DNA of 64,000 nt from an uncultured Chloroflexia bacterium (GTDB lineage: Bacteria; Chloroflexota; Limnocylindria; Limnocylindrales; CSP1-4), in the NCBI GenBank assembly GCA_963727005.1, contig CAVSEO010000005.1:961044-1025043 (forward strand). The letters are read 5' to 3'. Below are positions 26,881-37,687 of the stretch, in pieces. How positions within the stretch are numbered: the first letter of the stretch is position 1; every line of letters begins with the position of its first letter. A model generated the notes under the pieces. That model had not been told where the DNA came from and ran no database searches. It worked only from the letters and a program-made list of their open reading frames with translations. Made by a program: the position numbers and the translations under genes.

Positions 26881-28011
26881 ATGAGATTGAGCCTCCGGCG
26901 GACCGCTCCGGTCCTCAGCGGACTCGTTCTGGCCGCACTCGTTCTGGCGCCGTATGCCTACGCCGACAGCAGCTCGTTCGACTTCGAGGCCTACGCACCG
27001 GGAAACGTCAACGGACAGGATGGCTGGAGCCAGACCGGCACCGGCTCCCACGGCTACGACGTTGCGGTCGTGAACAACACCTACGGCTACTCCGCGTTCG
27101 GCTCGAAGAGCTTGCGCATCTCGAACGCCGTGACCTCGCCGGCGTTCGGCGACCAGGCCTTTGCCCGGAATCTGACGGTAGAAGCCGGCGAGACGTCCGC
27201 CTATGCCAGGTTCCCGACCGCGACCCGCCAGGGCTACTTCGTCGCTCAGTGGGACTTTGCCTCCACGGTTCCGGGCGCCGAGCAGCCCGGCCTTTCGGTA
27301 GTGGCGAGTCCGTACCCGGGCGACTCCAGCGCCAGCCGAATGAGCTGGGTGCAGATGACCGATGGGCCGACAGGCCTTTCGGTCAACTTCGAGGACTACC
27401 ACGACATCGCCCCCTTCGGCAGCCTCGCGAATCCGGCCGATGGATGCAGCGCTTCGGACGACTTCGTAGTCACGAACGTCGCGACCGGCCTCAGTCGCAC
27501 GGTTCCGCACACGGTCCGGATCGAGATGGCGATGCCCGACGGGCCCCTGAACGATGTCGTCAAGGTATACGTGGACGGCGCTTTGAAGGTCACAGGGACG
27601 ACCTGGGAGGACTACTTCCGCTGGTGCGAAGGCCCGCCGACGGCTCCCGTGAGAGAGAGCCGCACGGCAGCGACGATGCTCTTCCGGACCGGCGGGGTGG
27701 CCGTACCGGCAACCCTGGGCAACGGCTTCCTTATCGACAACCTGTCGATATCGTCGGCCGCCATACCCGCCCCGGCTCCAACCCCGACCCCGACGCCCAC
27801 GCCCACGCCCGTCGCGAGCGTTACCAACGAGCCGACCCAGCAGGTCGGAGGCGCTACCGGCACTCCGCGGGCCCCCACGCCCCCACCGACCAGCACCGGC
27901 GGATCTTCCGGCGGCAGCTCGTCGCAGGAGTTGGCGGTGTTCCTGTGCTTCGCCCTCGGGGCCATCGGGCTGACTGCCGTGTACGCGCAACGCCGTTCGC
28001 TCCGAAGCTAG
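26881..28011 (+). CDS. Secreted/surface protein with a Pro/Thr linker, Gly/Ser stretch, C-terminal TM helix and basic tail
   Basis: Intact 376-aa ORF. The signal peptide is MRLSLRRTAPVLSGLVLAALVLAPYAYA. The C-terminus reads PAPAPTPTPTPTPTPVASVTNEPTQQVGGATGTPRAPTPPPTSTGGSSGGSSSQELAVFLCFALGAIGLTAVYAQRRSLRS. Confidence 0.75.
   Translation: MRLSLRRTAPVLSGLVLAALVLAPYAYADSSSFDFEAYAPGNVNGQDGWSQTGTGSHGYDVAVVNNTYGYSAFGSKSLRISNAVTSPAFGDQAFARNLTVEAGETSAYARFPTATRQGYFVAQWDFASTVPGAEQPGLSVVASPYPGDSSASRMSWVQMTDGPTGLSVNFEDYHDIAPFGSLANPADGCSASDDFVVTNVATGLSRTVPHTVRIEMAMPDGPLNDVVKVYVDGALKVTGTTWEDYFRWCEGPPTAPVRESRTAATMLFRTGGVAVPATLGNGFLIDNLSISSAAIPAPAPTPTPTPTPTPVASVTNEPTQQVGGATGTPRAPTPPPTSTGGSSGGSSSQELAVFLCFALGAIGLTAVYAQRRSLRS
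27781..28004 (+). repeat. Dispersed direct repeat copy 2
   Basis: See copy 1 at 26590-26814. Confidence 0.85.
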
Positions 28012-28134
28012 GCACGCCGGAGAGCTGCCTGACCAGTCAGCGGCGCGGCTCGGCCCCACCATCGGTCGCAGAAGAAGCTCGCGAGGCGAGTAGAGTTGCC
28101 GCAGCGCGACTGCGGTACATCCGAGGCGTCCCCA

Positions 28135-29049
28135 ATGCCCAACGACCTGCCCAGCGACGAAATCTATAAGGCCATCATCGAGAACCTCGCCGACGGCGTG
28201 TACTACGTCGATCCCAACAGGCGGATCGAGTACTGGAACCAGGGCGCGGAGAGAATCTCGGGCTACGGACCAACCGAGGTCGTCGGACACCGGTGTTTCG
28301 AGAACATCCTCGATCACGTTGACTCTGCGGGTAATCAGCTCTGCCACACAGCCTGTCCGCTCGCGGCCACGATCGCCGACGGTGAGACTCGAGAGGCCTC
28401 GTTGTGGCTTCGCCACCGCGACGGATATCGCAAGCCCGTCCGGATCCGGACCATGCCCGTTCGCGATGCATCCGGGTCCATCATCGGCGGCGTGGAGACC
28501 TTCTCCGACGAATCGACTGTCCTGCGGGCGATGGAGGACGCGGACAGGGTCCGTCGCGACTCACTGACCGACGAACTGACTGGACTGCCCAACCGGCGCC
28601 TCTTCGACACGGCGCTGCAGGGCCGCCTGGAGAACCTGAACCGCTACGGCTGGCAGTTCGGCCTTCTCGTCGTAGACATCGACCTCTTCAAGGCCGTCAA
28701 CGATACGTACGGCCATGCCTTCGGTGACACCGTCCTGATCGGTGTCAGCCGTACCCTGCAGGGCGCGGTCCGAGCGGGCGACGTGCTGGCGCGCTGGGGC
28801 GGCGAGGAGTTCGCCGTGCTCGTCGAGGCTTCCGACAACGCAGGCCTGCGCGACGCCGGCGAGCGAATTCGCGTCCTGGTGGCCAAGTCCGAGATCCGCC
28901 GGGCCGGGCTGTTGCATACGACCCATGTCTCGGTGGGCGGAGCGCTGGCCAGGACAGGCGACTCGGCCGAGAGCCTGTTCGGCCGCACCGACGCGGCACT
29001 CTACGCGGCCAAGCGCAACGGTCGAAACCGCTACGAAGTCGCCGAATAG
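28135..29049 (+). CDS. PAS-domain diguanylate cyclase (GGDEF, GGEEF active-site variant)
   Basis: The PAS region is IIENLADGVYYVDPNRRIEYWNQGAERISGY. The GGDEF region is DELTGLPNRRLFD...VVDIDLFKAVNDTYGHAFGD...RWGGEEFAVLV. The track ORF starts at TTG 28096; ATG 28135 is preferred. Confidence 0.85.
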   Translation: MPNDLPSDEIYKAIIENLADGVYYVDPNRRIEYWNQGAERISGYGPTEVVGHRCFENILDHVDSAGNQLCHTACPLAATIADGETREASLWLRHRDGYRKPVRIRTMPVRDASGSIIGGVETFSDESTVLRAMEDADRVRRDSLTDELTGLPNRRLFDTALQGRLENLNRYGWQFGLLVVDIDLFKAVNDTYGHAFGDTVLIGVSRTLQGAVRAGDVLARWGGEEFAVLVEASDNAGLRDAGERIRVLVAKSEIRRAGLLHTTHVSVGGALARTGDSAESLFGRTDAALYAAKRNGRNRYEVAE

Positions 29050-29140
29050 CGACCGGTCGCCGGCGGTGCCGGCGCGCGGGCCGACCTGGTGCAGGCGCGC
29101 ACCGCTACCGCGGGGCGGCACGGGGGCGCTGATCATCCAA

Positions 29141-29170
29141 CCGCCCCTCCCGAAGATCGGAGAGGGGCGG
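29141..29170. terminator. Hairpin between the GGDEF gene end and the tRNA-Lys 3' end (possible bidirectional terminator)
   Basis: CCGCCCCTC...GAGGGGCGG forms a 9-bp stem. Only a weak U-run follows on either strand. Confidence 0.4.
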
Positions 29171-29186
29171 ATTCAACTCCAGAATA

Positions 29187-29261
29187 TGGTGAGCCGGGAG
29201 GGATTCGAACCCTCAACCTAATGATTAAGAGTCATTTGCTCTACCGTTGAGCTACCGGCCC
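29187..29261 (-). tRNA. tRNA-Lys (anticodon CUU), CCA encoded
   Basis: The minus strand reads GGGCCGGUAGCUCAACGGUAGAGCAAAUGACUCUUAAUCAUUAGGUUGAGGGUUCGAAUCCCUCCCGGCUCACCA. It folds into a cloverleaf: a 7-bp acceptor stem, D arm GCUC/GAGC, anticodon stem AAUGA/UCAUU with loop CUCUUAA, and T arm GAGGG-UUCGAAU-CCCUC. Confidence 0.9.
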
Positions 29262-29399
29262 ACGGCCGCGAAGGATACAGCAACCCAGGCCACGATGGGA
29301 CTTCGCGGATTAGTCCGGGACTCGGGCCCGGGGCTACGATAGGCGGCACGAGACCCCGACCTCAGCTCGGGGACCGACCGCACCCCGGACTGGAGACGC

Positions 29400-32300
29400 T
29401 TGCCGACGCCTGGCGAACCAGATCTTCAACTCCTCGAGCGATTGGGGGCCGGACTCGCGATAGTCGATCCGGCCGGCAAGGTCGTTCACTGGAGCGATCG
29501 CGCGGCCCAGATCCTCGGCATTCCCGCTCGCCAGGCGATGGGCAAGCCCTGGACGACCCTCCTTACGTTGATCAGGGGCGACGGCACGGGCGGTTCCACG
29601 CTCCGCGTGGAAATCCTGCAGCCCGGCGGGTGGCACGGCCCGCTCCAGGCGCGGCTCCGCGATGGACGGACGATCTGGCTCCGCGCCCACGTCCAGCCGG
29701 TCAGCCTTCCGAAGTTCGACGGCAAGCCCGGTGTAGCCGCGCTGTTCTGGGATGGCGAGGGCCCGGATCGCCCTGTTTCGGGCCCGGAAGCGGCACTGCT
29801 GCCATATCGGGACCTGTTCCGTCTCTCGCCGCAAGCCCTGCTCCTCACCGATCTCGGCGGCGTGATCGTCGACGCCAACGACGCAGCGTGCACACTCCTG
29901 CGAGCCACGCCCGAACAGCTCGTCGGCAAGGTGCTGATGAGCTTCCTGACGGGGCAGTCGGACAGGCGACGTCGAGCATGCCCTGGCGGAGCTGCTCGAG
30001 TGCGGCTCGTTCGTCCGCCACGTACCCGTCCAACCCCTTACCGGAGACGCGTTCCCGGCCGAGGTGATCGTCTCGCTCGGGGCGCCGGCGGTCGGGTTGG
30101 TGCTGGTACGGATACACGACGAGAGCCGGGACCAGCAGGTAGAACTGATGCTTCGCGATCTCGCATCGCTGACGCCGCGGAGCGAGTCACTGCTGGCGGT
30201 GTCGGATGTCGCCAAGCGAGCCGTCGAGATCGTCGCGTCTACGTGGGGCGCGAGTGCGTCGCTCGCCATCCTCGACAGCTCCGATGGCTTCTCCCTGGCT
30301 GCCGGAACGAGCACCCCGGAGGCGATCAGGGCCACGCTGAGCGGCATCGACCCCGCCCGTTCCCCGCTGGCTCTTCTACTCCGGGAAGCCGACGGCCCAC
30401 TCGAGATGGATCTGGGCGCTGCCGACTCCCCGGACTGGGCTCGGCGGGCCAGGGCCCTGGGACTGACATCCCTGCGCGCGACCCCGATCCTGCATGAAGG
30501 CCGCCGCATCGGATCGATAGTCCTGCTGTGGGGCGGAGACGAGCCATGCCCTCTGGACGCCGTTCGGCTGGAGCAGATCGGCCGGCACGTCGGCCAGGCC
30601 ATCGGCACGACGGCGTCGCTCTGGAAGGAGCGCCGCGACGCCGAGATTCGGAGGAGCCTCGCTGGTTCCGCTCGCATCGGCGGCGTCGTCGTCGAGCAGA
30701 TGACGGACGCGATCGTGACGACCGACGCGGCCAATCGAGTCACTGCAATCAACCCTGCCGCCGAGCAACTCTACGGGTTCTCGGAAGACGATGCCATCGG
30801 CAGCAGCCTGGACGAGCTGATCGAGCAGCTCCAGCTGGACGGATCGCCACTCGGCACAAAGGGGACGGCCGAAGCCGCGGTGATGGGCCACTGGCACGGC
30901 CGGGTGGTCCACCGCCCCCTCGTAGGCGGCCTGACCGGCCGGTACCTGGTCGTAGACCTGTCGCTCACGTCGTTCCGGGATGACGAGCACGAACCTGCCG
31001 GCCTGATCGCGATGAGCCGCGAGGTTACGACCTCCGCCCAGCTCGAGTCGGAGGCGGCCGCTCTGAGTTCTCTGGCGGTCGCGACGGGGCGGGCACGGAC
31101 GCGGCGCGAAGCCGCCGAGGCGGCGCTGGAGCGCCTGTGCGAGGCGACGATGGCCGACAGCGGCCTCATCGTGACCTGGCGGGACACTGGCAAGATCACC
31201 GTCGAAGCGAGCCGAGGACTCAGCCCGGAACTCCTCCACCTCATCAGCGAGCGCGACGTTGTCGACCTCGCGGGCATCCTCGAAGAACCCGGCGAGATCG
31301 TCGCCTTCGAGAGCTTGAAGTCGGCCGGCGATGGCGGCTACCTCGCCTCCCTCATCGGCAAAGAGGGCCTCACGACCGGCTTCCTGGCGCCTCTGCGCAG
31401 CCGCGACGAGTCGGTCGGCCTCCTGGCCCTGGGAGCACGCAATCCGGCGTGGGGCCGACCCAGCGACGCGGTCATCTTCCAGGCCGCCGCCCAGGTCGTC
31501 GGAGCCCTGGAGAGCGCCCGACTCATGGAGCGTCCTGGCCGATGGTTTGGAGCAGGAACGGCGGCTGACGGATCAACTGGAGGGGCTGATAAGCCTGACC
31601 CTCCTGCCGCAAGACGAGCTACCGGAGGAAGCGATCGCCCACTTGCTGCTGGAACGGATCGTTGCCGCTCTCGGCGCGGACGGAGGCTTCGTTGCCCGCG
31701 AGGCAGGCGATCGACTGAAAGTCCTGGCGGCGGTCGGTACGCCGGCGGAAGTGCCGGCCATTGCAGAGACCGAGCCGGCGAACTCCTTCCGGTTCTGGGG
31801 ACGGTTGCTCGAAGACCCGCGCGGCGGCGCATTCCATGAGCGGCTGGCCGAGGCCATCTCGGTCGAGCCACATCTCCAGCCGATGGTCGAGCTGGGCGTG
31901 ACCTCGTACGCCGTCTTCCCGATAGAGGAAGGCGACCGCCTCCTCGGCGCATTTCTCTGCTATTTCGCGCGTCCGAACGAGGCGGCCCAGGTCGACGAGC
32001 GCAACGTGGAGGCTGTCGGGCGGATCATCTCGATCGCCTATGCCAACGTCCGGATGCGTTCAGGGCTGGCCGAGGCCGCCGAGCACGAGCGCCGGCTGAC
32101 AGCCGAGCTGAGGGCCCTGCAGGAGCTGACCCTCCTGGGGGCGGCGACGGACGATCTCGGGCGGCTGGCGCACGAGACGATCGAGGCGGTAGTCGTCGCC
32201 ACCGGCGCTTCCGGCGGAGGCTATATCCTCGTCGATCCGCTGTCGTCAAGGGTCGATCCGATCACCTGGGTCGGGCGACCGAGTCGCAGCTGGGCGGAAT

Positions 32301-34861
32301 TCGACGAGTCGCCGCGGGTACCGGACGATTGGCCGCCGCTCGCCCAGCTCAACGCGGACGAAGGGATATGGCTTCCTCCTCCGGACGACTCCGACGCCAA
32401 TCCCACACCGGCTGGGAGGCAGGCCGTCCTGCCTCTCCGCCTGGACGGCAAACTGGCGGGAGTCCTCCACCTCGAATGGGCGGACCGGCCTCGCGAGCAA
32501 CAGTACGACGTCCACTTCCTGGAGCCGATCGCCCGAATCTGCAGCATCTCGCTGGCCAACTTCCGGCTGCGCGCCGAGTTGCTGCATCGAGCCGCGGCCC
32601 AGCGAGCCCTGGGGCACCGCCTGGACGCGCTCGATGAGCTGACGAGGATCGGCGAGCAAGCCAGTTCGTTCGAAGAGCTGGCCCACCGTACCGTCAGCCT
32701 CGTGAGAGAGGCGCTCGACGCCAGCGGAGTCTGTTACCTGCTCATCGAAGTCGGGCATCACTTCGATACCCATGCCGTCGCGGGCGACACGGGCTCATTC
32801 CGCCAGTGGCTCAGGGGCGTCCCGGCGAAGGACGCTCCGGGCGGCAGCCTTCTTCTGTCCGGCGCAAGCAGCATCCTGGGTGATTTCGTCGCGAGTCAGG
32901 TGAATGAATCGGTAATGCCTCTCGCCGCGGCTTCGGGCTTCCAGTCGTTCGGGGCAATCCCGATCCGCGCCGGCGAGGAACTGGCCGGCGCCCTGCTGTG
33001 CTTCTTCCAGCAGCCCGTGGCTTCGCTCCCGCTGGACGAGGCGGCACTCGATTCGGTCGCGCGGATCGCCGGCATCGCCCTGGCCAACTTCCGTCTGCGC
33101 GAGCGCCTCGTCTCTTCGGAGGAGCGATACCGAACCCTCTTCGAGGAATCCCCCGACGCACTCCTCGTTTCCGCCCTGGACGGAACCGTCCTGGACGCCA
33201 ACGAGGCTGCCGTTCGCCTCTACCACGTCAATCGCGGCGAGGTGCTGGGTAGGTACCTCGGTCAGCTCATCACCGCGGATGAGCGCGAGATGGCTCGCCG
33301 CCGCCAGATCGTATGGACTCAGGGCCGGGGCACGTTCGGCGACCGCGGGAGGCGGCCGGACGGTTCCGAGTTCCCCGTCGAAATCGAGGTGCGAGTCGTA
33401 GACCTGGGCGGCCAGCGCCGATTCCTCCACCTCATCCACGATCTGTCCGATCAGGACCGGCTCCAGCGGGAGCTGCTCCAGGCTCAGAAGATGGAGGCCC
33501 TCGGCCAGCTCGTGTCCGGAGTCGCCCACGAGCTGAACAATCCGCTGGCCGCGATCATCGCCTTCAGCCAGCTGATGCACAGCGACGAGCGCCTGCCTGA
33601 GGACATGAAGCACGACGCCGGGCTCCTCGTACAGGAGGCCGACCGAACGCGGCGAATCGTCCAGAACCTTCTCGACTTTGCCAGGGCGCGCCCGCCCGAG
33701 CGACGCCCGACCAGCATCGCCACGCTCGTCCAGAGCGTTCTCGAACTGCAGTCGTACGCGTTGAAAGCGAATCAGATCCAGGTGTCCGTCGAGATCCCGG
33801 CGAGCCTGCCCGAAGTGGATCTCGACCGGGCACAGCTCCAGCAGGTCTTGCTCAATCTGACCAGCAACGCCATCCAAGCCTTCAAGACGGCCGAACGGAA
33901 GACGCCGGCGCACCTCTGGATCAGCGCGGTCGCGGTCAAGACCAGGTCGGCGGCCGGCGTCGCCACGGGCGAGCAGCCACCTGAACAGCAGATGGTCCGG
34001 ATCACCGTTCGGGACGACGGCCCGGGCGTCCCGAGTTCGGCCCGTGGACGGCTCTTCAACCCGTTCTTCACGACCAAGCAGCCCGGTGAGGGAACCGGCC
34101 TGGGGCTGTCGGTGTCGTTCGGAATCGTGGCCGCCCACAACGGTCACCTGTGGTACGAGCCTGGGCCGCGCGGCGTGGGCAGCTGCTTCCTAATAGAGTT
34201 GCCGACGACGGCACTCAGCCGGGGCAGCCACCGGCCGCACGCGAAGCGAGCGGGAGGAGAGTCGAAGATGGGAACGGCTGGGGCGGCGAGACCGGCGGCA
34301 ACGGCGACGCCGAAGGCGCGTCGCGCTTCCACGTCGGCTGCGGGCTCTTCGAAACCCGAGCCCGTCGCCATCCACCTGCACCGTCGCATGGCCGCAAGCC
34401 CTCAGCGGGCGGCAAGCTGCCCGGGCCCGCCCGTGCGCAAGTGGCTGGACCGGCAGATGCGCAGGCGGCCAGAGGCCGAGACTCGGCGGCCGCTCGTCCT
34501 GGCCCTGGATGACGAGCCATCGATCCGGGCCTTCCTGGGGAAGGCTCTGTCGTTTGCCGGTATGGATTGCGTTTCCTTCCCGGATGGCTTGCAGGCCCTG
34601 GATGGAGTCCGTGAGACCGACTTCGACGTGATGCTCATCGACCATCGCATGGCCGGCATGAGCGGGACGGACTTCTACGAAGCCGCCATCGAACTCCGGC
34701 CGGAACTGGCCCGAAGAGCCGTCTTCATGAGCGGCGACGTCCTGAACCCGGACCTCCGAGGTTTCGCGACAGAGCGGGACATTCGCCTGCTCGCCAAGCC
34801 GTTCGACATCGAGGCTGTGATCCAGGTGGTCCGCGAAGTCCTGGCATCGGCGGAGCGGTAG
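29400..34861 (+). CDS. Very large hybrid sensor histidine kinase (multiple PAS and GAF domains, HisKA, HATPase_c, C-terminal receiver); two +1 frameshifts (~29960 and ~31525)
   Basis: Fragments 29400.., 30064.. and 31331..34861 join to ~1820 aa. The H-box is LGQLVSGVAHELNNPL. The N/G boxes are LLNLTSNAIQA, RDDGPGV, FNPFFTTK and GTGLGLS. The receiver is LVLALDDEPSIRAFL...VMLIDHRMAGMSG...LAKPF. TTG start with GGAG 5 nt upstream. Confidence 0.85.
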
Positions 34862-34902
34862 GCCGACTCGTCCGAGGGTCCCGCCTAGTCTCTCGGCTGT
34901 CC

Positions 34903-35941
34903 TCACGGCGGACGCCGCCCGTGCCCCGGCCGACGCGGTGAGCAGCTCGAGGAGCGCATCCGCCGCCGCGAAAGGATCCAGCTCGTGCGCCGCCACGGCT
35001 CGTAGCAACTCGCCGGCCGGGCCGTCAGGTGCTCCCTCGAGCCAGCGGACCCGCTGGTGAAGCCGATCGACGAGCACGGCCCACACCTGGGCCTCGGCAC
35101 GCTTGAGTCGTGCCTCCGAGCCAAGCGAGTCCCGGGCGGAGGCGCGGTGGCGGTCGATCGCCGCGAGCAGCTCGGCCACGCCCTGGCCGGTGGCGGCAGT
35201 AGTCACCAGCACTTCCGGGTCGCTGGGGGCCGGATGGCCCGGCCGGGCCTCCCGGGGGCCGTCCGCGAGCATCGCGCGCAGCTGCCCGGCCGTTCGATGC
35301 GCCCCCGGCCTGTCGCCCTTGTTCACGACCACGATATCGGCGACTTCCAGCAGTCCCGCCTTGATGGCCTGGATCTCGTCGCCCATCTCGGGCGCTTCCA
35401 CCACCACCGTCGTATCGGCCGTGGCCGCGACCTCGACTTCACTCTGACCCGTCCCGACCGTCTCGATCAGAACGACGTCGAAACCGACGGCGTCGAACAC
35501 CGTGGCGGCAGCCGCGGTCGCCGACGAGAGCCCGCCCGAATGACCCCGCGCTGCCATCGACCGGATGAAGACCCCGTCGTCCGACGAGTAGGCCTGCATC
35601 CGGACTCGATCGCCCAGCACGGCTCCGCCGGTGATCGGGCTCGACGGGTCGACCGCCACCACCGCCACAGGGCGGTTCGCGCGCCGCAACTCGGCGATCA
35701 GCGCCGCCACCAGAGTGCTCTTGCCCGCACCCGGCGGCCCGGTTACACCGACCAGCTGGGCGCGCCCGGAAATCGGGTAGAGGCGCCGGAGGGCCGCTTC
35801 CGCCAGGGGCGATCGATTCTCCACTGCCGTCAGCAGCCGCGCGAGCGACCGCCGATCGCCGGCGAGAGCCGCGTCACACAGGTCGGCGGCGCGCGCAATG
35901 GTCGCGGAATCGCCGCTTGCCGGCGCGCGCGTCTCGGCCAC
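34903..35941 (-). CDS. meaB: Methylmalonyl-CoA mutase-associated G-protein chaperone MeaB/ArgK; 3' end uncertain
   Basis: It has the P-loop GVTGPPGAGKSTL, then VAVVAVDPSSPITGGAVLGDR, LIETVGTGQSE and VVVNKGD. As sequenced there is no stop until 34190, antisense to the kinase gene. That extension is almost certainly an artefact. Confidence 0.85.
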
Positions 35942-35950
35942 GCCGGTCCG

Positions 35951-36355
35951 CTATTCCCGCGGCCTGGCGTTGGCGCGCAGGAACTCGGCGACCTGATGGA
36001 TCGTGGTGCCGGGCCCGAACACCGCGGCCACTCCACACTCCTTGAGCGCGGGCACGTCGACGTCGGGAATGATCCCGCCCGCCGCCACGAGCACGTCGTC
36101 CATCCCCTTCTCGCGCAACAGCGCGCAGATCCGGGGCACGAGCGTCATGTGGGCGCCGGACAGGATGGAAAGCCCCACGACGTCCACGTCTTCCTGGAGT
36201 GCGGCCGTGGCGACCATCTCCGGCGTCTGGCGCAGGCCCGTGTAGACGACTTCGAAGCCCTCGTCCCGGAGGCCGCGCGCGAGCACCTTGGCACCCCGGT
36301 CGTGGCCGTCCAGGCCGGGCTTGGCGATCAGGACCTTGATGGGTCGGTCGGTCAT
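35951..36355 (-). CDS. Cobalamin-binding small subunit/domain of an acyl-CoA mutase (methylmalonyl-CoA mutase type)
   Basis: From the ATG at 36355 it reads [40 protein letters not shown], with the DxHxxG B12-binding motif. Only the last 134 aa of the 405-aa track ORF are real. Confidence 0.85.
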   Translation of the reverse strand: MTDRPIKVLIAKPGLDGHDRGAKVLARGLRDEGFEVVYTGLRQTPEMVATAALQEDVDVVGLSILSGAHMTLVPRICALLREKGMDDVLVAAGGIIPDVDVPALKECGVAAVFGPGTTIHQVAEFLRANARPRE

Positions 36356-36429
36356 GGCGGGAATGATAGCGGGCGCCGCATTCGGTAAGCGGACAGGCCG
36401 CGCGCCAGTTTGCTCGGTACGAGTTGGTC

Positions 36430-37146
36430 TCAAACCCGCGGGGCGGCCCGCTCCAGATGGGCCATGAACTCGTCCCGCGTCTCCTTCGTCGTCCGGAAGG
36501 TTCCCAGGACGCTGCTGGTGACCATCGTGGCGCCGCCCTTCTGGACGCCGCGCATGGACAGGCAAAGGTGCTCCGCTTCTATGACCACGCCGACGCCGTA
36601 CGGGTTCAGGCGCTGCTGGAGGAAGTCGGCGATCTGCTGGGTCATCCGCTCCTGGACCTGAAGCCGCCGGGCATACATCTCGACGATGCGCGGAATCTTG
36701 GAAAGCCCGATGACTCGACCGCGCGGCAGGTAGCCCACCGCGGCGGTGCCGAAGAACGGCAGCATGTGGTGCTCGCACAGCGAGTAGAACGGAATCCCCT
36801 TGATGACCACCATCTCGCTGTAGCCCACGTCGAAGACGGCGCCGTTGATGAGCCGCTCGGGATCGACCCGATAGCCGCAGGTCAGCTCGAGCCACATCCG
36901 GTGCATCCGCTCCGGGGTCCCGGCCAGCCCCTCGCGCGCCGGGTCCTCGCCGATCTCGAGCAAGATGTCGCGCACGGCCAGCTCCACGGGGTGACCGAGC
37001 CGGGGCTCTTCGGAGGCCGGTTCGGCGGGCATGGCGGCGCCGAGATCGGCCGGTTCTTCCTCGCCCCGCTCGATCGAATCCACCATCCGCCGGACATGAG
37101 CTTCCAGGTCCAGCTGGTCGTTCCACGGGGGCTGGTCGGTCGGCAA
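36430..37146 (-). CDS. folE: GTP cyclohydrolase I
   Basis: Contains [13 protein letters not shown]...[16 protein letters not shown]...[27 protein letters not shown]...[13 protein letters not shown]. The N-terminal ~50-aa acidic extension and TTG start are uncertain. Confidence 0.9.
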   Translation of the reverse strand: MPTDQPPWNDQLDLEAHVRRMVDSIERGEEEPADLGAAMPAEPASEEPRLGHPVELAVRDILLEIGEDPAREGLAGTPERMHRMWLELTCGYRVDPERLINGAVFDVGYSEMVVIKGIPFYSLCEHHMLPFFGTAAVGYLPRGRVIGLSKIPRIVEMYARRLQVQERMTQQIADFLQQRLNPYGVGVVIEAEHLCLSMRGVQKGGATMVTSSVLGTFRTTKETRDEFMAHLERAAPRV

Positions 37147-37217
37147 GGAAGGCTCCTTCTGCGTCCAATCGTACGCCTCGGGCGATCCGCGGTCACGCCG
37201 GGCCGTAGCATACGGTC

Positions 37218-37628
37218 ATGACCAAGCGACCTCGCGGCAGCGCTCGGCGGCGCCACCGACCCGCCTCCACGACCCGTTTCGAGGATCTCGTGGCCGCCGC
37301 GCTCGACACCATCCCCGAACCGTTCGTTCATGCCCTGGACGAGGTGGCGATCGTGATCGAGGACGAACCGACGCGCACGCAGCTGCGCGAATCCGGACTG
37401 GGCCCGGACGACGGGCTGTACGGACTCTACGAAGGCGTGCCGCGAACCGAATACGCGGCCGACTGGGCCTTCATGCCCAACAAGATCACGCTGTTCCGCC
37501 AGGCTCTCGAGGAGGACTTCCCGGACCCGGAGGAGCTCGAGCACGAGGTCTGGATAACGGTCATCCACGAGCTGGCCCACCATCTCGGGATCGACGAGGG
37601 CAGACTTCACGAGTTGGGGGTCGACTAG
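37218..37628 (+). CDS. Zincin-like metallopeptidase family protein (DUF1025-type)
   Basis: Contains VAIVIEDEP...GLYGLYEG...ITLFRQALEEDF...EVWITVIHELAHHLGIDE, with an HExxH motif. Confidence 0.7.
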   Translation: MTKRPRGSARRRHRPASTTRFEDLVAAALDTIPEPFVHALDEVAIVIEDEPTRTQLRESGLGPDDGLYGLYEGVPRTEYAADWAFMPNKITLFRQALEEDFPDPEELEHEVWITVIHELAHHLGIDEGRLHELGVD

Positions 37629-37687
37629 GGCGCAACCTGGGGCCCTCGGCCGGCATCTATACAGGTAGAGGCGCAGAGGGAGGCACA

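Noticed and set aside
27880-27905. The PPPTSTGG stretch as a sortase LPXTG motif
   Set aside because: It does not fit L-P-x-T-G, and an 11-residue Gly/Ser spacer separates it from the hydrophobic helix. It is kept only as a generic sorting-signal-like C-terminus.
29050-29400. tRNA-Lys as an integration site for a genomic island
   Set aside because: There is no integrase, excisionase or phage gene adjacent. I could not find a direct repeat of the tRNA 3' half by eye in the neighbouring sequence.
32795-34147. Minus-strand ORF of 450 aa, and others, inside the histidine kinase gene
   Set aside because: They are antisense shadows of a gene with unambiguous HisKA/HATPase motifs.
34190-35941. A 583-aa ORF suggesting a much longer MeaB
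   Set aside because: Only the first ~330-345 aa are MeaB-like. The remainder is antisense to the kinase/receiver gene and looks like read-through caused by a lost stop or indel near 34900.
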